Shown here piece after piece: positions 1-10,209 of a DNA stretch of 64,000 nt. Source of the stretch: SAR202 cluster bacterium (lineage in GTDB: Bacteria > Chloroflexota > Dehalococcoidia > Lucifugimonadales > UBA2985); contig VFHP01000024.1 in the NCBI GenBank assembly GCA_009391535.1, positions 209,976 to 273,975 of the forward strand, read 5' to 3'. The notes beneath the pieces were generated by a model. That model ran no database searches, was not told the DNA's origin, and saw only the letters and a program-made list of their open reading frames with translations. A program made the position numbers and the translations under genes. Position 1 is the stretch's first letter. Each line of letters begins with the position of its first letter.

Positions 1-1686
1 GGTAATAAACCTTGGATACGAATCGGTACCGCCGTCTGTGGAGAGGCTGCTGGTTCTAAGGAAGTAGTTGATCGCATCAAATCGGATCTTCGTAGTCTTG
101 GCGTAGATGCCAATGTCAGCGAGGTAGGATGTATCGGTCTATGTTACGCAGAGCCTATTGTAGACGTGATTAAACCTGGTGGGCCGAGGATTTTTTACGG
201 CAATGTTAATCCGGATATCGCGTCTGAAATTGTAAAGTCTTATGTATCGGAAGACGATTATAGACCAGATCTTGCTCTGGCTGCTATGAGTGAATCAGAT
301 GTGGACGGAGTGATGAACATGAAGGATCTGCCCATGTGGAGTAAACAGGTGAGAGTTGCACTTCGTAATTGTGGGAATATAGATCCAATGGAAATAGGTC
401 AATACATCGCTACAGGTGGCTATGCTGCTCTAGATAAAGCTGTTAACAGTATGACTCCCGAAGAAGTCTTGAAGGAAGTACAAGACTCTGGGCTTAGAGG
501 AAGAGGCGGGGCAGCATTTCCGACTGGAACAAAGTGGAGTTTCCTTGCTCGATCCCCAGGACCGGTAAAATATATACTTTGTAACTGTGAAGAGGGAGAC
601 CCCGGGGCTTTCAATGACAAAGGTATATTAGAGAGTGATCCACACTCATTGATAGAGGGAACTATACTGGCCGGATACGCTAGTGGAGCTTCAAATGGCA
701 TAGTATTTATTAGACACGGTCACGAAGGTCCGATTAACAGAACTTTGGCAGCAATAGAACAAGCTTACGAACTAGGTTTACTAGGGAACAATATACTGGG
801 ATCGTCGTTCAGTTTTGATATGGAAGTGTCCTTAACTGGAGATTCTTATGTTGCTGGAGAAGAAACTGCCTTGATGGAGTCAATAGAAGGAAAACGAGCG
901 ATGCCGCGTGCTCGCCCACCTTTTCCTGCTGCATATGGAGTGTGGGGACTGCCTAGCAATATAAACAATATAAAATCTCTTTCGTATGTTCCAGAAATAA
1001 TTGCAAAAGGTGGAGAATGGTTTGCAGGCATAGGCACTGATGGCAGTAAGGGCACTGCTATACTATGTTTGTCAGGGAATATAAAATATTCTGGGATGAT
1101 TGAAGTTCCTATGGGTCTGACTATAAATCAAGTTATTTACGATATTGCTGGTGGTACACCAGATGGTAGAAAGGTAAAATTTCTTCAAACTGGTGGTCCT
1201 TTGGGCGGAGTTCTTCCAGACGAGAAAATGGATGTCGAGTTAGATTTCGGTGCTATGTCGCAAGCCGGAGCGATTCTTGGTTCGGGAGGTTTGATTGTAG
1301 CGGATGAGAGGGCTTGCGCAGTAAATATGGCTAGGCTTCTTGTTGCATTTTGTCAATATGAGTCTTGTGGGAAATGTTTTCCATGTAGGCTAGGAATGAC
1401 AAACTTAATAGAAATATTGGAAAGGGTGTCGAACTTCGCAAGTCGCCCCGAAGATTTGGAACTTATGACCAATATAGGGCAAAACATGGCTGCCGGATCT
1501 CTTTGTGGCCATGGTCAACTAGGCTGGAATCCTGTTCAGTCAGCATTAAAATATTTCCCAGATGACTTTTCTGCTCATATGGAAGAGAAAAGATGTATAA
1601 CTGGTCAATGTGCTCAACAAATAACGACACCACAGAGAACCCGTTCCAGATGGTCACCTGTTCAACTTTTGGAGTTGAAAGTATAA
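1..1686 (+). CDS. NADH-binding flavoprotein subunit, NuoF / NAD-formate-dehydrogenase-beta-like (5' end outside window)
   Basis: The ORF track starts at an internal GTG (166), but the same frame is open back to base 1 (GNKPWIRIGTAVCGEAAGSKE...GCIGLCYAEPIV, a thioredoxin-like N-domain). The body has NuoF hallmarks: GLRGRGGAAFPTG, CNCEEGDPGAF, and ESCGKCFPCRLG plus SLCGHG (4Fe-4S ligands). Confidence 0.85.
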   Translation, partial: GNKPWIRIGTAVCGEAAGSKEVVDRIKSDLRSLGVDANVSEVGCIGLCYAEPIVDVIKPGGPRIFYGNVNPDIASEIVKSYVSEDDYRPDLALAAMSESDVDGVMNMKDLPMWSKQVRVALRNCGNIDPMEIGQYIATGGYAALDKAVNSMTPEEVLKEVQDSGLRGRGGAAFPTGTKWSFLARSPGPVKYILCNCEEGDPGAFNDKGILESDPHSLIEGTILAGYASGASNGIVFIRHGHEGPINRTLAAIEQAYELGLLGNNILGSSFSFDMEVSLTGDSYVAGEETALMESIEGKRAMPRARPPFPAAYGVWGLPSNINNIKSLSYVPEIIAKGGEWFAGIGTDGSKGTAILCLSGNIKYSGMIEVPMGLTINQVIYDIAGGTPDGRKVKFLQTGGPLGGVLPDEKMDVELDFGAMSQAGAILGSGGLIVADERACAVNMARLLVAFCQYESCGKCFPCRLGMTNLIEILERVSNFASRPEDLELMTNIGQNMAAGSLCGHGQLGWNPVQSALKYFPDDFSAHMEEKRCITGQCAQQITTPQRTRSRWSPVQLLELKV

Positions 1687-1701
1687 CGATGCCAGAGGAG
1701 A

Positions 1702-4563
1702 ATGATGGCTTCTGAAAATAGTGAAATAAATCTAATTATAGATGGCAAACAAATAACCACTCAGACAGGCAACACTATATTGCAGGCTGCAATGGAGTCT
1801 GGGTTGTATATACCTTATCTTTGCTATTACCCGGGAATGAAGCCCTATGGTGCTTGCCGCATGTGTGTTGTAGAGGTCGAGAACGGCAGAGGGACTCCGG
1901 CATCATGCACCACTCCTGTAGCGGAAGGAATGGTGGTTAATACCGATACACAGCAAATACAGGATTTGAGGAAAGGTATAACTGAGTTAATTATATCTGA
2001 ACACCCACATGGCTGTTTGACATGCCACCGGACAGATATTAATGGAGCAAACTTATGTGGACCTGAGGATATATGTCTCAGGCATGTTTCGGTTACGGAC
2101 AGATGTGTATCTTGCCCAAAGAATGAAAGATGCGAACTTAAAGACACGACTATATATGTCGGTACAGGACTTACTACTCCTATGACTTACAAATATAGGA
2201 ACCTTCCCGTGTTAAATCAGGATCCATTTTACGATTTGGATTACAACTTATGCATAGTTTGTGCTAGGTGTGTGCGAGCTTGTGATGAATTAAGAGGTGA
2301 CAATGCTATAACACTCACAGAAAGGTCAGGAATATCTTTGGTGGGTCCAGCGTATGGATCTTCATTACTAGAGTCCGGCTGTGAGTTTTGTGGGTCTTGT
2401 ATAGACGTCTGTCCAGTAGGGGCGTTAGTAGAATCAGATTACAAATGGGACAAGGCAGTTGAATCAACTTCCACAACGTGTCCCCAATGTCCAGTTGGTT
2501 GTCAGCTGAAGTTGGAAGTAAATAAAAGAGGTAAAGTCATACGCGTGATCCCCGAATTGGAGGCTGAAGCAAACAGAGGGCAGGCTTGTTTCAAGGGTAA
2601 ATTTGGTCTGGACTTTATAAACAAAAGATCTAGATTGAAGAGTCCTATGATTCGAAGAGACGGTGCATTAGAAGATGTATCTTGGGAAGAAGCAATGTCA
2701 TTTGTGGCAGATAAACTTAATCTATACAAAGGTTCTGGGTTCGCCGCATTGAGTTCCTCTAGGTCTACTAATGAAGAGGCCTATATATTGCAGAAATTTA
2801 CTAGGTCGGTGATGAATAGCAACAACGTGGATCACTCGTCAAACATGAGGCCTGAAGTCACAGAGATTTTGGGAGATGTCCTTGGTTATCAGGCGGCTAC
2901 TAACTCGATTTGGAGCATAGAAGAATCCGACTGTATATTGGTGGTTTCTAGTAACGTTACCGAAGAACATAATGTGGCATCAGTTGCTGTAAAACGGGGA
3001 TCCAAGAATGGGTCTAAACTGATTGTTATAGATTCCAGAGAAGTTGAATTAACTAGATCTGCTAAGCTATGGCTCAAGCCTAGACCAGGAACAGATTCGG
3101 TTCTACTGGGAGGCATCCTAAAAGTCATCTTCGATGAGTCTTTAGAAGATCAAGAATTCATGAATGCCAGAACTGACAATCTGGACAATTTCAAGAATTC
3201 TTTATGGAAATTTGACTTGAAAAAAGTTCAAGAAATCACTGGAGTTGATGAATCCGATATCCGTACAGCGGCGAGGTATATAGCGGAGAGTGATTCCACT
3301 TCTTTCATATATGCCCTGGACAATTTGAATGACGCCCAGAGGTCGGAATCAACCAGGTCTGTCATAAACTTGGCATTGGCAACTGGTAATATAGGGAAAA
3401 ATAACGGGGGTCTATACCCTCTGAGATCAGGCACTAATGATCAAGGATCGTGGGATGTGGGATGTGTTCCTCATTTATTGCCAGGCTATAAAAATCTGCA
3501 CGATTCAGCCGCTAGAGCAAGTTTGGAACAAAACTGGGGGTTGAATATACCTGAAGAAACCGGGCTTGGTCTGAAAGAAATGTTTCCAGCAATCATAACT
3601 GGTGATGTTAAAGCTATGATGATTGTTGGCAACAGTACCAACTTCTCGAATGGTGATTTGGGTGATGTCCTAGAATCTGTGAAAAATCTTGAATTTCTGG
3701 TTGTCCAAGATGCGTTTTTAACTGACATTGGTATGTTGGCGGATGTCGTTCTTCCGTCAGTTACGTTTGCTGAAAAAGAGGGTACTTTTACCAATATGGA
3801 ACGAAGAGTCCAACCATTAAAGCAGGTATTGGAAATTAACAACACTTATGCAATGCCTGATTGGTGGATCATAACCGAACTTGCCAAGGCTATGGGATAT
3901 GATTCATTTAATTACCACTGTGCAGCCCAAATTCTAGATGAGATATCCAATAATATCCCTTTTTATGCTGGTATAAAATATGATCGTTTGTTGTCTAAAG
4001 AGGGCATACTGGAACCTGCAGGCATACCTAACTTCCCTATACCTAGCCAGATGATTCCTGCATCAGGCGGGCGGAATACAGGTATTCAGTGGCCATGTTT
4101 GGATGTTCAGCATACTGGTGTAAAGGTTTTGTATACTAATATTGATGATAGTAATAAGTTTTCAATGCAATCACTAGAAATTGTGGATGGAACTAGTGTA
4201 ACTACTAAGGAATACCCTTTGTTGTTTGTGCCAGGAAGGGTGTTGCACGATTCAGATGACGTGAAAATAGAAGTTATAAATAATAAGAATGTAATTGTGA
4301 GAGATGAAGTATTACAACTAAATCCTGAAGACGCCAAACGTCTTGATATAGGGGACTTTGAAATGATTCAATTAGAATCAGTAGATGAAAAACTGACATT
4401 CCAGGCTAGGATTGTTAAAGAGTCTTTCGTGGGAGTCGTATCGTCTACAACTCTTTTCGGTTCACTTATAACTCAACTTGATGCCAGTGAAGATCCCGAT
4501 CCAATGGGTAACGTTCCGACTTTGAAAACAAAGGCGGTTAGAGTATCTAAACAGGGAAGTTAG
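1702..4563 (+). CDS. NuoG / formate-dehydrogenase-alpha-like Fe-S and molybdopterin-oxidoreductase-family subunit (expected Mo-ligand Cys/Sec not present)
   Basis: 953 aa. It has an N-terminal 2Fe-2S ferredoxin pattern (C..GACRMC...SC), HPHGCLTCH, two ferredoxin CxxCxxCxxxC(P) motifs (CIVCARCVRAC, CEFCGSCIDVCP), and a MopB-type cluster (CPQCPVGC...ACFKG), followed by a long molybdopterin-family body. Confidence 0.8.
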   Translation: MMASENSEINLIIDGKQITTQTGNTILQAAMESGLYIPYLCYYPGMKPYGACRMCVVEVENGRGTPASCTTPVAEGMVVNTDTQQIQDLRKGITELIISEHPHGCLTCHRTDINGANLCGPEDICLRHVSVTDRCVSCPKNERCELKDTTIYVGTGLTTPMTYKYRNLPVLNQDPFYDLDYNLCIVCARCVRACDELRGDNAITLTERSGISLVGPAYGSSLLESGCEFCGSCIDVCPVGALVESDYKWDKAVESTSTTCPQCPVGCQLKLEVNKRGKVIRVIPELEAEANRGQACFKGKFGLDFINKRSRLKSPMIRRDGALEDVSWEEAMSFVADKLNLYKGSGFAALSSSRSTNEEAYILQKFTRSVMNSNNVDHSSNMRPEVTEILGDVLGYQAATNSIWSIEESDCILVVSSNVTEEHNVASVAVKRGSKNGSKLIVIDSREVELTRSAKLWLKPRPGTDSVLLGGILKVIFDESLEDQEFMNARTDNLDNFKNSLWKFDLKKVQEITGVDESDIRTAARYIAESDSTSFIYALDNLNDAQRSESTRSVINLALATGNIGKNNGGLYPLRSGTNDQGSWDVGCVPHLLPGYKNLHDSAARASLEQNWGLNIPEETGLGLKEMFPAIITGDVKAMMIVGNSTNFSNGDLGDVLESVKNLEFLVVQDAFLTDIGMLADVVLPSVTFAEKEGTFTNMERRVQPLKQVLEINNTYAMPDWWIITELAKAMGYDSFNYHCAAQILDEISNNIPFYAGIKYDRLLSKEGILEPAGIPNFPIPSQMIPASGGRNTGIQWPCLDVQHTGVKVLYTNIDDSNKFSMQSLEIVDGTSVTTKEYPLLFVPGRVLHDSDDVKIEVINNKNVIVRDEVLQLNPEDAKRLDIGDFEMIQLESVDEKLTFQARIVKESFVGVVSSTTLFGSLITQLDASEDPDPMGNVPTLKTKAVRVSKQGS

Positions 4564-4685
4564 CATCTGAGTATTCATGCAAACTGGATTTGCGTTTCAT
4601 GGGGCATCTGTTTGGAACTATTGATGTGGCAATTGTAGTAAAAGTACCACTCCGGGTTTTATTTTAGGACGCTATAGGTTATGAG

Positions 4686-7241
4686 ATGGTAGCAGAAAAT
4701 ACTCCGATAAGAGAACAATACCTTAGAATAAAAAATCAAAATCCAGATACGATATTACTTTTTCAGATGGGCGATTTCTACGAAACATTTGATGAAGATG
4801 CCAAAATTGCGTCAGCGGAATTGGAGATCGCATACACTTCGAGGGAAATGGGTAAAGGTAATCAAATCCCTATGGCAGGCATACCCAAACACGCATTAGA
4901 AAACTATCTTCCAAAATTGATCAAGAGTGGTCACCGTGTAGCTATATGTGACCAAAAGGGAGATTCTACAGAGAAAGGTTTGGTAGAAAGGCAAGTTGTT
5001 AGAGTTGTGACTGCGGGGACATTAACTGAAACTTCAATGTTAGAAACATCAGTTAACAACTTCTTAGCTGCCGTTGTATTCGAGGAGAATCTGGTAGGTT
5101 TATCTTATGTTGATATAACCACCAATGAATTTGCTACCACTCAAATACATAGAAAAGACCTTCCGATGGAATTAAGCAGACTACGTCCTGCTGAAGTTAT
5201 ATTAATTGATAATACTGACCTTCCAGAAACGGGCACAGAATTTATAACTACAGTTGTGGATTCAGGAAGTGCTATAGTTACAGACTCTGAAATGCATTTG
5301 AAGCAACATTTTGGAGTCCAAAGTCTGGAATCTTATGGGTGTCATGATATGCCTTTGGCAATAGGATCTGCAGCACTTATTTTGTTTTATCTGGAAAATA
5401 CTGATAAATACGTCTTGGATGGATTAAATTCACTTTTCACGTATTCCCCATCCAATTTTATGGTATTAGATAATCAGTCTAGAAACAGTCTGGAATTGTA
5501 TATGTCTGGGAGATGGGGAGGCGAGAAAAATTCATTACTGTCACTTTTAGACATGACTAAAACTTCAATGGGGGGGAGATTGTTCAAGAAATGGATAGGA
5601 CAACCACTTCTTGACTTGAATGAACTCAACAGCAGGCATGACGGAGTTGAATTTTTGATAGATGCCGTATTGGTTAAAGATCAGATAGGTTTTTATTTGA
5701 AGGATATGTATGATGTAGAACGTTTGATCAACCGTATTGGTTCGGGTTCTGTTTCAGTTCGGGATATTGTATCTCTGGCATCTACTCTTTTTGCGGTGGC
5801 CGGACTCAAGGATTTCTTAAATAAACAAGAATCCTTGCCGCATATCCTGCAACAGTATTTAGATCCTTGTGAAACGGTGCAATCACTCATATCCAACGGC
5901 ATAGAAAATATTGAATCTGCCACTTCGGGGTCACATGGATTGATTCGCAGAGGATTTTCTGCTGAACTCGATTTCTTAAAAGACGATTCTTCAGAAGCGA
6001 GAGATTACATCGCTGGTTTGGAAAAAACTGAAAGAACTAGAACAGGGATAAGATCATTAAAAGTTGGCTATAATCGGGTGTTTGGCTACTATTTAGAAGT
6101 CAATAACTCCAGTATAGGCCAGGTGCCAGATAATTATACTAGGAGGCAGACTCTGACTGGGGCAGAGCGATATATCACTCCTGAACTCAAAGAATATGAA
6201 GCCAAGCTGTTAAATGCTCAGGACAAAATCGATGAATTAGAGTCAATTCTTTTCAGGAAAATTTGCGAAGATATTTATAAACATAGAGATTCTATAAAAA
6301 GAACTGCGTTGTCAGTTGCGAAAATAGACGTTGTCTTATCTTTATCTTTGGTGGCCTCTGAATACAGATACTCTAGGCCTAGGCTTAACACTAGCAACAT
6401 TTTGGATATTAAACAGGCAAGGCATCCAATAGTTGAGCATAATGTATCTTTGGGATCATTTGTTCCAAACGACATCCTCATTGGTGCTGAGAATGCGAGG
6501 ATATCTATAATTACCGGCCCAAATATGGCAGGTAAGTCCACATACATAAGACAGGTGGCCCTGATAGTGCTTATGGCACAGATTGGAAGTTTTGTACCAG
6601 CTGAGTCAGCTGACATTGGTATTGTTGACAGGATATTCACACGTATTGGCCTTCAAGATGATCTGTCTGTAGGACAATCAACATTTATGGTAGAGATGAT
6701 TGAGACAGCCAATATACTTAACCATGCTACTAACAGATCTCTAATAATACTGGATGAAATTGGCAGAGGAACTAGCACCTATGATGGTTTGGCGATTGCA
6801 AGGGCGACAGTTGAACATATACATAATAACGAAAAATTAAATTGCAGAACTCTTTTTGCCACGCATTACCATGAACTGATCGAGTTGTCTGATGTTTTCC
6901 CTTGTGTCAATAATCTAAATGTTTCGGCTAAAGAATCTGATGGGAGACTGTTATTTATGTACACAGTCATGCAAGGTGGGGCAGATAGGAGTTACGGGAT
7001 CAATGTTGCTCAACTTGCGGGGATGCCAAGGGATTTGGTCATAAGGGCTTGGGAGATTTTAAAGAAGTTGGAAATTGAAAATCAGGGTATTGTACAAAAG
7101 CAGCTACCGATGTTTGACATTCCAGATCCCATAATACTGTCAATAAAGAGTCTGGATATCGAGAGTATGACACCCATAGAAGCCATTAACAAGCTTAATG
7201 ATTTGAAATACCAAATAAGACAATACGAGAAATCGGAATGA
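4686..7241 (+). CDS. mutS: DNA mismatch repair protein MutS
   Basis: 851 aa. It has the N-terminal mismatch-binding motif LLFQMGDFYETF, Walker A GPNMAGKST, DEIGRGTSTYDG, and ATHYHEL. Confidence 0.95.
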   Translation: MVAENTPIREQYLRIKNQNPDTILLFQMGDFYETFDEDAKIASAELEIAYTSREMGKGNQIPMAGIPKHALENYLPKLIKSGHRVAICDQKGDSTEKGLVERQVVRVVTAGTLTETSMLETSVNNFLAAVVFEENLVGLSYVDITTNEFATTQIHRKDLPMELSRLRPAEVILIDNTDLPETGTEFITTVVDSGSAIVTDSEMHLKQHFGVQSLESYGCHDMPLAIGSAALILFYLENTDKYVLDGLNSLFTYSPSNFMVLDNQSRNSLELYMSGRWGGEKNSLLSLLDMTKTSMGGRLFKKWIGQPLLDLNELNSRHDGVEFLIDAVLVKDQIGFYLKDMYDVERLINRIGSGSVSVRDIVSLASTLFAVAGLKDFLNKQESLPHILQQYLDPCETVQSLISNGIENIESATSGSHGLIRRGFSAELDFLKDDSSEARDYIAGLEKTERTRTGIRSLKVGYNRVFGYYLEVNNSSIGQVPDNYTRRQTLTGAERYITPELKEYEAKLLNAQDKIDELESILFRKICEDIYKHRDSIKRTALSVAKIDVVLSLSLVASEYRYSRPRLNTSNILDIKQARHPIVEHNVSLGSFVPNDILIGAENARISIITGPNMAGKSTYIRQVALIVLMAQIGSFVPAESADIGIVDRIFTRIGLQDDLSVGQSTFMVEMIETANILNHATNRSLIILDEIGRGTSTYDGLAIARATVEHIHNNEKLNCRTLFATHYHELIELSDVFPCVNNLNVSAKESDGRLLFMYTVMQGGADRSYGINVAQLAGMPRDLVIRAWEILKKLEIENQGIVQKQLPMFDIPDPIILSIKSLDIESMTPIEAINKLNDLKYQIRQYEKSE

Positions 7242-7251
7242 GATATAGGAA

Positions 7252-8979
7252 ATGAGTATAAAGGTATTGTCAAAACAAGAGTCATCTGCCATAGCTGCAG
7301 GTGAAGTAGTTGAACGTCCAGCGTCCATAGTTAAGGAACTAGTAGAAAATTCTATAGATGCTGGAGCAGATACCATTGTTATACACATCGAATCAGGCGG
7401 AATTAAGGCAATAGCGGTTTCTGATAACGGTAGTGGGATAGCCTCCAATGATGTTGAACTAGCTTTCCATAGATTTGCCACTAGTAAATATCCAGAGAAC
7501 GGAGATTTATTCGGTATAGAAACATTGGGTTTCAGAGGAGAAGCTCTGCCAAGTATCGCATCAGTAGCTTCAATTAGAATGGTCACTAGAGTGGCTAATG
7601 AACAAAATGGTACGAGTGTACATATTGATAATGGCAACTTGATTGAGGTTTCATCAATAGGTTGTCCTCTTGGAACTACAGTGACCGTAACAAATTTATT
7701 TGCTCGGATACCGGCTAGACTAAAATTCTTGAAATCTCCATCTGTTGAATCTCAAAGAATTCACTCATTGGTTCAGCAATTGTCAATGGCATTTCCTTTA
7801 GTGAGCTTTCGTTTTGATGTGGACGGCAAGATCCGATTGAACACTAGAGGCAATGGTGATTTAAGAAACACTTATGCGGAGATATTCGATCCAAGAACAG
7901 CTGATTCAATGATGGTGGTTGAATCTGGCAAAGACTTCGGTTATGCGACAATATATGGGTTGATAAGTTCTCCGGATACAACTAGATCCAATAGGCATTT
8001 TATAAATCTTGTGGTCAATGGCAGATGCGTTCAAAATCGTTCCTTGGCTTTTGCTGTTGAGGATGCTTATAAAGGATTTCTGACTGTAGGGAGGCATCCA
8101 CTGTCATTCTTATTCATTGATGTACCTAAAGAAGATCTAGATTTTAATGTTCATCCTGCAAAAGTAGAAATTAGATTGAAGGATGAAAATCAGGTGTTTC
8201 GCTCTATACAAAGATTAATAAGAAATGCATTAATATCTATGTCACCGGTCCCATATACTCAATTTATGGGTGTTTCACCTGCCGTGGAACATGATGTGGA
8301 TGACGGGTTAGCTTACAAACAATCAACGGAATCGTATCAGCAATCACTTTCTCTATTCAATGATCAGAACTATTATGAGTCTGAAACAAATTTTAAATTC
8401 CAGATAAGGAACCTGCGTTTAGTAGGACAGATAAATGGCTTGTATATTGTAGGGGAAACCGATGAGGCTATATACCTAATTGACCAACATGCTGCACATG
8501 AGAGGATATTGTATGAGCAAGTACAGGATGTAACAAAAGTGGATAGACAGGGTATCTTGGAGCCGATTGTATTAAGATTATCTCCTGAAAATGAACAAGT
8601 ATTGACCGCAAACTTGGATTATTGGGGAAAATGGGGTTTTGATATTGAGTATTTTGGTTCTCATTCCTATTTATTGAGATCAGTGCCTTCAGTGTTTGGT
8701 AATGTTGACCCCGGCAAGGAATTCCTGTCAATTTTGGATGATTTGCTTGTAGATGATTTCTTCGGCGAAGGTATATCGCATGATTGGCAACTGAAGATAT
8801 GTGCTTCTATAGCGTGTCACTCTGCAGTTAAGGCCGGGGACATTTTATCCGGTGAAGAGATGCAGAACCTGTTGGCTATGCTCCAATCTGTCAAGCAACC
8901 AAATAATTGTGCACACGGCAGACCAACAACAATAAAATTTGGCCTTAAGGAACTAGAAAAAGAATTTAGGAGGACTTAA
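7252..8979 (+). CDS. mutL: DNA mismatch repair protein MutL (endonuclease type)
   Basis: 575 aa. GHKL ATPase motifs are present (VKELVENSIDAG, DNGSGI, LGFRGEAL). The C-terminal domain carries DQHAAHERILYE (a DQHAxxExxxxE nuclease motif) and CAHGRPT. Confidence 0.95.
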   Translation: MSIKVLSKQESSAIAAGEVVERPASIVKELVENSIDAGADTIVIHIESGGIKAIAVSDNGSGIASNDVELAFHRFATSKYPENGDLFGIETLGFRGEALPSIASVASIRMVTRVANEQNGTSVHIDNGNLIEVSSIGCPLGTTVTVTNLFARIPARLKFLKSPSVESQRIHSLVQQLSMAFPLVSFRFDVDGKIRLNTRGNGDLRNTYAEIFDPRTADSMMVVESGKDFGYATIYGLISSPDTTRSNRHFINLVVNGRCVQNRSLAFAVEDAYKGFLTVGRHPLSFLFIDVPKEDLDFNVHPAKVEIRLKDENQVFRSIQRLIRNALISMSPVPYTQFMGVSPAVEHDVDDGLAYKQSTESYQQSLSLFNDQNYYESETNFKFQIRNLRLVGQINGLYIVGETDEAIYLIDQHAAHERILYEQVQDVTKVDRQGILEPIVLRLSPENEQVLTANLDYWGKWGFDIEYFGSHSYLLRSVPSVFGNVDPGKEFLSILDDLLVDDFFGEGISHDWQLKICASIACHSAVKAGDILSGEEMQNLLAMLQSVKQPNNCAHGRPTTIKFGLKELEKEFRRT

Positions 8980-9001
8980 TCAGGATATATTGTCAGTTAA
9001 T

Positions 9002-9700
9002 TTAACTGGCATTTAAATATTCTATTACTAGGTTTCTTTGTTCCTCTTTGTTTGCTGAAGTAACAAAATCTTGCATGAGATCTTCCATGTCTGCGGTTGG
9101 CACCAGTATTTCCCCTTCATACATTATAGGGAACTGGTGGATTCTTTTAAGCAATCCTCCCAGAAGGATTATTTCGTGCGTTCTTTTGTTCTGGTGTAAA
9201 CTCTTCTCTACACGAACAATTCTCTGGACGTACTCCCAATCTTGCAGATAGGTTCGCAGTATTTGGCGTTTATTATGCTCACTGTCTGCGCCGGAAATGC
9301 TATCATGAAGGGTGTTAACTCCGGGTAATCCATCTTGATCCACTGAGGACACCAGTTTGTCCCCTTGGCATTCTACGCTGGTCTTATCACTCAAGGAGTT
9401 TTCTATATTATCTTCTATACAAGAAATCCTTTGATTTATTGTGATGTAGTTCTTAACTAAAGATTGTTGTTCCGTTCTGGTTTCCGCCTTGTCCAAATCA
9501 TCTGCCAGGTCGTTGAGTTCGTGGGCGTTGACTAGAACCGAGTTTTGATATTCGATATCGTTAGTTGACGTGACAGCAGAATCTATATTGGACAAGACGT
9601 GATCTGTTTGTTGAATAATGGGATCTGTAACACAACCGGAGGAAGTCAGGATAATGAGAACGGACAATGAAACGATATATTTTCCAGCAAGTTTTTTCAT
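9002..9700 (-). CDS. hypothetical lipoprotein
   Basis: The signal peptide plus lipobox-like cysteine is MKKLAGKYIVSLSVLIILTSSGC. I prefer the ATG at 9700 (AGGGAG just upstream) over the GTG at 9718 used by the ORF track. I recognise no family. Confidence 0.6.
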   Translation of the reverse strand: MKKLAGKYIVSLSVLIILTSSGCVTDPIIQQTDHVLSNIDSAVTSTNDIEYQNSVLVNAHELNDLADDLDKAETRTEQQSLVKNYITINQRISCIEDNIENSLSDKTSVECQGDKLVSSVDQDGLPGVNTLHDSISGADSEHNKRQILRTYLQDWEYVQRIVRVEKSLHQNKRTHEIILLGGLLKRIHQFPIMYEGEILVPTADMEDLMQDFVTSANKEEQRNLVIEYLNAS

Positions 9701-9807
9701 AGACTCCCTGTGTTTCACGTTATGGTCGATACACGATGCTTTAAATTCATGCTAGAGGGGCATCTCGGCGATTTTCGTGCCGTGCCTGATTATAAGTCTC
9801 TGGTGGG

Positions 9808-10032
9808 TTATCTTAATCTAAAGTTATTGAAGCGGTTACGCCAATAGTTAAGCTTAGAGCCAGGCCTAGGAGTGAATATCGATCCTGTATCTTTAGATAA
9901 GTTTGACCTTCTTAGAGAAGTCGGTCTGGAGAGAGTAGTTAAGGTTGCTATGCCTGCAACGGCCACGATAGACCTCTTTATAAAGCCTCGCCTGTCCATC
10001 ATCAATTTTGGATCCAATGATTCCTCTGACAT
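9808..10032 (-). CDS. small (74 aa) twin-arginine (TAT) signal-containing protein
   Basis: AGGAGG lies 5 nt upstream of the ATG at 10032. The sequence MMDRRGFIKRSIVAVAGIATLTTL is an RR motif plus a hydrophobic h-region, followed by a short basic tail. Confidence 0.6.
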   Translation of the reverse strand: MSEESLDPKLMMDRRGFIKRSIVAVAGIATLTTLSRPTSLRRSNLSKDTGSIFTPRPGSKLNYWRNRFNNFRLR

Positions 10033-10104
10033 CAATGCCTCCTAAAGCTTTTCAGTTTCCATTTGCCAGAAAGTTTCTACTGAGCAAGTAAATCGTATCT
10101 GGTA

Positions 10105-10133
10105 TTGACTATGATACTCTCTCATTGTACACT
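10105..10133 (+). promoter_or_regulatory. candidate sigma70-type promoter for the ACIII-like operon
   Basis: TTGACT (10105-10110), a 17-nt spacer, then TACACT (10128-10133), about 75 nt upstream of the first operon ORF. Confidence 0.35.
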
Positions 10134-10209
10134 ACGTGAAACTTATTGCAAAGTGCTCACAGAAACAAATAATCAATCTATCTGTGTGCCTATTTATTAG
10201 AGAGGTTAG

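Noticed and set aside
166-168. GTG at 166 as the start of the NuoF-like gene.
   Set aside because: The frame is open to base 1 and encodes a sensible thioredoxin-like domain, so the gene is truncated by the window edge.
1702-4563. A selenocysteine (in-frame TGA) in the formate-dehydrogenase-like subunit.
   Set aside because: The ORF is uninterrupted, and the aligned ligand position is Arg within HSSNMRPE. No recoding is needed.
7140-7637. Long antisense ORFs: 165 aa here, plus 16737..17282 (181 aa), 32816..33301 (161 aa) and 12719..13150 (143 aa).
   Set aside because: Each lies entirely opposite a well-supported gene (mutS/mutL, actC/actD, hisD, actB1). Each has low-complexity composition and no recognisable motifs. 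They are typical shadow ORFs.
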